Assembly (NCBI GenBank): GCA_009914755.4
Contig: CP068257.2
Coordinates: forward strand, 44,320,001 to 44,384,000
Reading direction: 5' to 3'
DNA length: 64,000 nt
Source: the human T2T-CHM13v2.0 reference genome, Homo sapiens
The position numbers and the translations under genes were made by a program. Each line of letters begins with the position of its first letter. Position 1 is the first letter of the stretch. Shown piece by piece: positions 58,133-64,000 of the stretch. The notes under the pieces are model-generated. The model did no database searches, was not told the origin of the DNA, and saw only the letters and a list, made by a program, of their open reading frames with translations.

Positions 58133-58330
58133 GTGCGCATGGGGCCACCCGGGCAGTCCCAGATCTGCGTAGGTGCGCGCGGGGCCGCCCGGGCAGTCCC
58201 AGATCTGCGTAGGTGCACGCGGGGCCGCCCGGGCAGTCCCAGATCTGCGTAGGTGCACGCGGGGCCGCCCAGGGCCGTCCCAGATCTGTGTAGGTGCGCG
58301 CAGGCGCCCAGGGCTGTCCCAGAGGCCTCC
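58120..58330 (+). repeat. COL6A1: Tandem repeat of 40 bp x 5 that starts inside the last 13 nt of exon 33 and re-copies its donor (cagatctgc[a/g]tag|gtgc[g/a]cgc ggggccgcccgggcagtcc)
   Basis: Units begin at 58120, 58160, 58200, 58240 and 58281. Donor-like ag|gtgcgc motifs lie at 58173, 58213, 58253 and 58294, in addition to the real donor at 58133. Confidence 0.85.
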
Positions 58331-58541
58331 TCCCAGCTCACTGTTACCTCCAGGGGCACGGCCACCCTGTAGGTGCGCACGGGGCCGCCTGGGGCTGTCC
58401 CACAGGCATCCTCCTCCCGGCTCGCTGTGACTTCCGGGGGCACGGCCACCCCTGTGCTCGGCCGGGAGGTCCTGTGACATCTCCTTGCGGGGTTATAGGT
58501 GGAGCAGTGGGCTCACACTGCACGGCTTTTCTCTTTTACAG

Positions 58542-58571
58542 ACAAGAAGTGTCCAGATTACACCTGCCCCA
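58542..58571 (+). CDS. COL6A1: COL6A1 exon 34 (c.2435-2464): (D)KKCPDYTCP(I)
   Basis: The acceptor is ttttctcttttacag|ac and the donor ccca|gtgagt. The exon is 30 nt. Confidence 0.93.
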
Positions 58572-58739
58572 GTGAGTACCTCGGCGGCCGGGACACGTGG
58601 GGAGGAGGGCACCGTGGTTGGGGCGAGGGCTCTGAGAGGACGGGGCTCTGGGAGGAGGGCCTGGCGGTCACGAGAGTAGGTGCATGGCTCACTCCGGTGG
58701 CTGAGCACCACCGTGCCGTGCCCTCTCTGGGGAGCTTAG

Positions 58740-59435
<696 letters not shown>

Positions 59436-59596
59436 CCCACCCTGCACGCCGGCACCAAACCCTGTCCTCCCACCCCTCCCCACTCATCACTAAACAGAGT
59501 AAAATGTGATGCGAATTTTCCCGACCAACCTGATTCGCTAGATTTTTTTTAAGGAAAAGCTTGGAAAGCCAGGACACAACGCTGCTGCCTGCTTTG

Positions 59597-59768
59597 TGCA
59601 GGGTCCTCCGGGGCTCAGCCCTGAGTTGGCATCACCTGCGCAGGGCCCTCTGGGGCTCAGCCCTGAGCTAGTGTCACCTGCACAGGGCCCTCTGAGGCTC
59701 AGCCCTGAGCTGGCGTCACCTGTGCAGGGCCCTCTGGGGCTCAGCCCTGAGCTGGCCTCACCTGGGTT
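59597..59768 (+). repeat. COL6A1: Tandem repeat of 43 bp x 4 within the 3'UTR (gcagggccctctggggctcagccctgagctggcgtcacctg)
   Basis: Direct repetition is visible with a few substitutions per unit. Confidence 0.85.
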
Positions 59769-60450
59769 CCCCACCCCGGGCTCTCCTGCCCTGCCCTCCT
59801 GCCCGCCCTCCCTCCTGCCTGCGCAGCTCCTTCCCTAGGCACCTCTGTGCTGCATCCCACCAGCCTGAGCAAGACGCCCTCTCGGGGCCTGTGCCGCACT
59901 AGCCTCCCTCTCCTCTGTCCCCATAGCTGGTTTTTCCCACCAATCCTCACCTAACAGTTACTTTACAATTAAACTCAAAGCAAGCTCTTCTCCTCAGCTT
60001 GGGGCAGCCATTGGCCTCTGTCTCGTTTTGGGAAACCAAGGTCAGGAGGCCGTTGCAGACATAAATCTCGGCGACTCGGCCCCGTCTCCTGAGGGTCCTG
60101 CTGGTGACCGGCCTGGACCTTGGCCCTACAGCCCTGGAGGCCGCTGCTGACCAGCACTGACCCCGACCTCAGAGAGTACTCGCAGGGGCGCTGGCTGCAC
60201 TCAAGACCCTCGAGATTAACGGTGCTAACCCCGTCTGCTCCTCCCTCCCGCAGAGACTGGGGCCTGGACTGGACATGAGAGCCCCTTGGTGCCACAGAGG
60301 GCTGTGTCTTACTAGAAACAACGCAAACCTCTCCTTCCTCAGAATAGTGATGTGTTCGACGTTTTATCAAAGGCCCCCTTTCTATGTTCATGTTAGTTTT
60401 GCTCCTTCTGTGTTTTTTTCTGAACCATATCCATGTTGCTGACTTTTCCA

Positions 60451-60456
60451 AATAAA
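60451..60456 (+). terminator. COL6A1: Polyadenylation signal AATAAA of COL6A1
   Basis: The hexamer sits in the context ttttccAATAAAggttttcactcc, about 1.0 kb after the stop codon, consistent with the recalled size of the COL6A1 3'UTR. Confidence 0.8.
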
Positions 60457-61300
60457 GGTTTTCACTCCTCTCCCTGTGGTTATCTTCCCCACAAAGTAAA
60501 ATCCTGCCGTGTGCCCCAAAGGAGCAGTCACAGGAGGTTGGGGGGCGTGTGCGTGCGTGCTCACTCCCAACCCCCATCACCACCAGTCCCAGGCCAGAAC
60601 CAGGGCTGCCCTTGGCTACAGCTGTCCATCCATGCCCCTTATCTGCGTCTGCGTCGGTGACATGGAGACCATGCTGCACCTGTGGACAGAGAGGAGCTGA
60701 GAAGGCAACACCCTGGGCTTTGGGGTCGGGAGCAGATCAGGCCTCAGTGGGCTGGGGCCGGCCACATCCACCGAGGTCAACCACAGAGGCCGGCCACAGG
60801 TTCTAGGCTTGGTACTGAAATACCCCTGGGAGCTCGGAAGGGGAGTTGAGATACTGCAGGGCCCATAGGAAGAAGTCTTGGGAGGCTCCACCTTTGGGGC
60901 AGAGGAAGAAGTCTTGGGAGGCTCCACCTTTGGGGCAGAGCAAGAAGAGGGCGGAGGGCAGAGGCAGCGAGGGCTCATCCTCAAAAGAAAGAAGTTAGTG
61001 GCCCCTGAATCCCAGAATCCGGGGTGCCCGGCTGTTCTGGGGGCCGCTAGGGGACTAAGAGGATCGGCCGAGGGCTGGGCTGGAGGAGGGCAGCAGGGAT
61101 GGGCGGCGAGGGTGAGGGTGGGGCTTCCTGAAGGCCTTCACCTGCGGGGACCCCGGCGAGCCCCTCAGGTGCCACAGGCAGGGACACGCCTCGCTCGATG
61201 CGTCACACCATGTGGCCACCAGAGCTGCGGGAAAATGCTGGGGACCCTGCATTTCCGTTTCAGGTGGCGAACAAGCGCCCCTCACAGAACTGCAGGTAGA

Positions 61301-61820
61301 GACGGGCCCGGGGCAGACGCAGTGAGGCGGTGGGCGGGGCCCGGGGCAGACGCAGTGAGGCGGTGGGCGGGGCCCGAGGCAGATGCAGTGAGGCGGTGGG
61401 CGGGGCCCGGGGCAGAGGCAGCGAGCGGTGGGCGGGGCCCGGGGCAGACGCAGTGAGGCGGTGGGCGGGGCCCGGGGCAGAGGCAGCGGGTGGTGGGCGG
61501 GGCCCGGGGCAGACGCAGTGAGGCAGTGGGCGGGGCCGGGGTAGTCGCAGTAGGTGGTGGGCGGGGCCCGGGGCAGACGCAGTGAGGCGGTGGGCGGGGC
61601 CGGGGTAGTCGCAGTAGGTGGTGGGCGGGGCCCAGGGCAGACGCAGTGAGGTGGTGGGCGGGGCCCGGGGCAGACGCAGTGAGGCGGTGGGAGGGGCCCG
61701 GGGCAGACGCAGTGAGGCGGTGGGAGGGGCCCGGGGCAGACGCAGTGAGGCGGTGGGAGGGGCCCGGGGCAGACGCAGTGAGGCGGTGGGCGGGGCCCGG
61801 GGCAGACGCAGTGAGGCGGT
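61301..61820. repeat. G-rich minisatellite with a 30-33-bp unit (ggggcccggggcagacgcagtgaggcggtgggc), about 16 copies, 0.8 kb downstream of the COL6A1 poly(A) site
   Basis: Direct tandem repetition is visible. It underlies the artefact ORFs 61055..62407(-) and 61282..62199(-). Confidence 0.85.
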
Positions 61821-63344
61821 TGCCAGCCTCTCTCAGCTGCCTCATGGGATTCGCACTGCAGCCGCGGCCCTGGCGCGACAAGGGCTGGACTTGGCCAGCG
61901 GGACGGTCCCTCACGGCGCTGAGGCCCACACTCTGCGTGGAGCCTCCCCGTGCCCAGGCTACCCTGCAAGGTCCTCGGAGAGGCTTCCTCCAGCCCCAGC
62001 CCCCACACAGCTCCGGCCCAGGCCCGCTCTTCCCCATCCCAGTTGCTTTGCGCTGTATACGGCCAGGTGACCCCGAGCCGGCCCTGAGCCCTCGTCCCGG
62101 CTTCCTCCCCTGTAAGCTGGGTGAAGGACTCCATGGCACCCACCTGAGAGGGTTGTGGCGAGGCCCAGGCCCCTCGTGCCCACACGGCCGGCGGCCCATG
62201 CCTGGCAGGGGCTGGGAGGAGGCTGGGGCGACCAGAGGGGAGCGGCCTGTCCTGGAGGAGGCCCAGGGACCCTGGTGAGAGGGTCTCTCCCAAGTGCTCT
62301 CTATGGGACCCCCTTCCTCTGCGCCCGTCCTTCACGGACCTCTCCGGGTCACCCCTGGGCTGTACACTGGGTTCAGGGGGGCCTTGAGGTGGGGCCCCTG
62401 TTCCCAAGTCCCGGCGGGGTTTCTCCTGAACCTCAACCCATCCTCACCTGCGGGCATTCCCATCCCCCAACGCCTGGGTCACCAGGATTCCAGGCAGGAG
62501 GGGCGGTGGGGGTTACCAAGGCCCGGGTTGCCATGCAGAACCCCCAGCCACCACGCAGACCCCCACGGGGCCCAGGGAAGCTCCTGGTCTCACACTGCAC
62601 CTCACACTTCCTGTGGGGGCAGACTCCAAGGTCCCGGCCTCTCATCTTGTAGAAACTGAGGCACAGGAGGGACACACACTCCCACGGCCGGTCACCGTGG
62701 CCCCCACACCTCCCACTGGACTGACACCTGGCCAGGCTCCGGACACCCGTGGCACAGCCTCAGCCCCTGGGGCCCCTGCTCCGTGGCCCCCAGGCCCCAG
62801 CTCCCATGTGCACGTCCTGCCTCAGGCCCGGAGGCCCCTCGGCCCCAAATAATCAGACAATTCAACAGCAAAACTACTTTTTTCAGGCTGGCAGGACTCT
62901 GGGCAACCCCCTGCAACAGCCCCCTGCCCTATCACAGCCACCCTTGCCTCCCAGGCACGGAGACCCCACCATCAGGTCCCAGCCTTGGTTCATCCCCAAG
63001 CACCCTGTGTGTTGGGATGGCGATGCTGGCTGAGCCCCTGCATCCCCACTGGAATCCCTTGGGGGCTCTCTGGCCACCCACATCTCTCCCTCTCCTTCCC
63101 ACTCCTCCCAGGAGCTGGGGCTCCGACACCCTGGGCTTCAGGGTCAGGAGCAAATCAGGCCTGGATGGGCTGGGGCAGGCCAGATCCAACTAGGTCAACC
63201 CAAGAGGACCAGCCCAAGGCTCTGGATTTGGTACTAAAACACCTCAGCCAAGGGGCCTTAGGGCTGCTGTGTCCAGTGTGTGCCCAAGACCCTCTTCCTG
63301 AAGGGATGTGAAAAGCCACGAATGTGAGTTTCCCCGTGCATTCG

Positions 63345-64000
63345 GCCATTCTCACACTGCTCTAAAGAACTGCCCAAGACTGGGTGATTTTTTTTGTTTT
63401 TTTTTTTTTTTTTTTTTGAGACAGAGTCTTGCTCTGTTGCCCAGGCTGGAGTGCAGTGGCGCGATCTAGGCTCACTGCAAGCTCCGCCTCCCGGGTTCAC
63501 GCCATTCTCCTGCCTCAGCCTCCCAAGTAGCTGGATTACAGGCGCCCGCCACCATGCCTGGCTAATTTTTTTTTTTTTATTTTTAGTAGAGACAGGGTTT
63601 CACCGTGTTAGCCAGGATGGTCTCGATCTCCTGACCTCGTGATCCACCCACCTCGGCCTCCCAAAGTGCTGGAATTACAGGCGTGAGCCACCGTGCGTGG
63701 CCAAGACTGGGTGATTTATAACGAAAAGAGATTCCATTGACTCACAGTTCCAGATGGCTGGGGAGTCCTCAGGAAATTTACAATCACGGCAGAAGGGGAA
63801 GCAAACACGTCCTTCTTCACATGGCAGCAGGAGAGAGAAGCATGAAGGAGGAACTTCCAAACACTTATAAAGCCATCAGATCACATGTGAACTCACTCAC
63901 TATCACAAGGACAGCACGGGGGAGGCCACCCCCGGGATCCAGCCACCTCCCTCCCTCAACACGTGGGGATTACAATTTGAGATGAGATGTGGGTGGGGAC
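63345..64000 (-). mobile_element. MaLR (MST-like) LTR, minus orientation, split by an Alu insertion and truncated at the window edge
   Basis: The LTR hallmark ccaagactgggtgatttataacgaaaagagattccattgactcacagttcc ... gtggggattacaatttgagatgagatgtgggtggggac is present. The segments are 63345-63388 and 63691-64000. Confidence 0.75.
63389..63690 (-). mobile_element. Alu SINE (minus orientation) with a 16-bp target-site duplication
   Basis: A poly-T run leads into gagacagagtcttgctctgttgcccaggctggagtgcagtggcgcgatctaggctcac...ggaattacaggcgtgagccaccgtgcgtgg. The TSD ccaagactgggtgattt flanks both sides. Confidence 0.92.

Larger units (their letters stand above)
59436..60476 (+). other. COL6A1: COL6A1 3'UTR (about 1.04 kb); the cleavage site is approximate
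   Basis: It runs from the stop codon to about 20 nt past the AATAAA at 60451. It contains a 43-bp x 4 tandem repeat at 59597-59768. Confidence 0.8.

Overview
This window is human genomic DNA. It contains the complete collagen type VI alpha-1 gene (COL6A1, plus strand, chr21q22.3 by established knowledge). Upstream lies about 36 kb of repeat-rich, largely GC-rich intergenic sequence, and downstream about 3.5 kb past the poly(A) site. The human call rests on numerous Alu elements with poly-A tails and target-site duplications (TSDs), MaLR LTR retroelements, an L1 fragment, and CpG/GC-rich blocks. COL6A1 is a known gene, not a new system. I reconstructed its 35 exons from the ORF track and splice consensus: ATG at 36317, stop at 59433-59435, AATAAA at 60451-60456. 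All junctions follow GT-AG. The joined CDS is 3087 nt (1028 codons plus stop), and its translation reads [20 protein letters not shown]...[11 protein letters not shown]. The exons encode an N-terminal von Willebrand factor A (VWA) domain (exons 2-7), a Gly-X-Y triple helix (exons 8-28) and two C-terminal VWA domains (exons 30-33 and 35). Every triple-helix exon is a 9-nt multiple or 51/66 nt and starts with a complete Gly codon. I found no prokaryotic or novel defence-type system and say so plainly. The points worth a second look are structural: (1) a pre-formed 72-nt pseudoexon in intron 11, one C>T (at 44996) away from a donor, which is the known c.930+189C>T hotspot; (2) a 1.3-kb G-rich 23-bp minisatellite in intron 8, next to the glycine-mutation hotspot exons; (3) tandem arrays in introns 13 and 33 that re-copy the exon end plus its 5' splice site, making multiple decoy donors; (4) reverse-complementary (TCTCTG)n and (CAGAGA)n tracts of about 0.7-0.8 kb that bracket the promoter and exons 1-3; (5) a tandem GC-box/CCCTCCC array immediately 5' of the TATA-less TSS; (6) two nearly full-length MaLR elements in inverted orientation, a palindrome with about 2.5-kb arms; (7) further minisatellites in intron 27, the 3'UTR and the downstream flank. 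The long ORFs in the six-frame track that run through these repeats are artefacts of stop-free low-complexity sequence.
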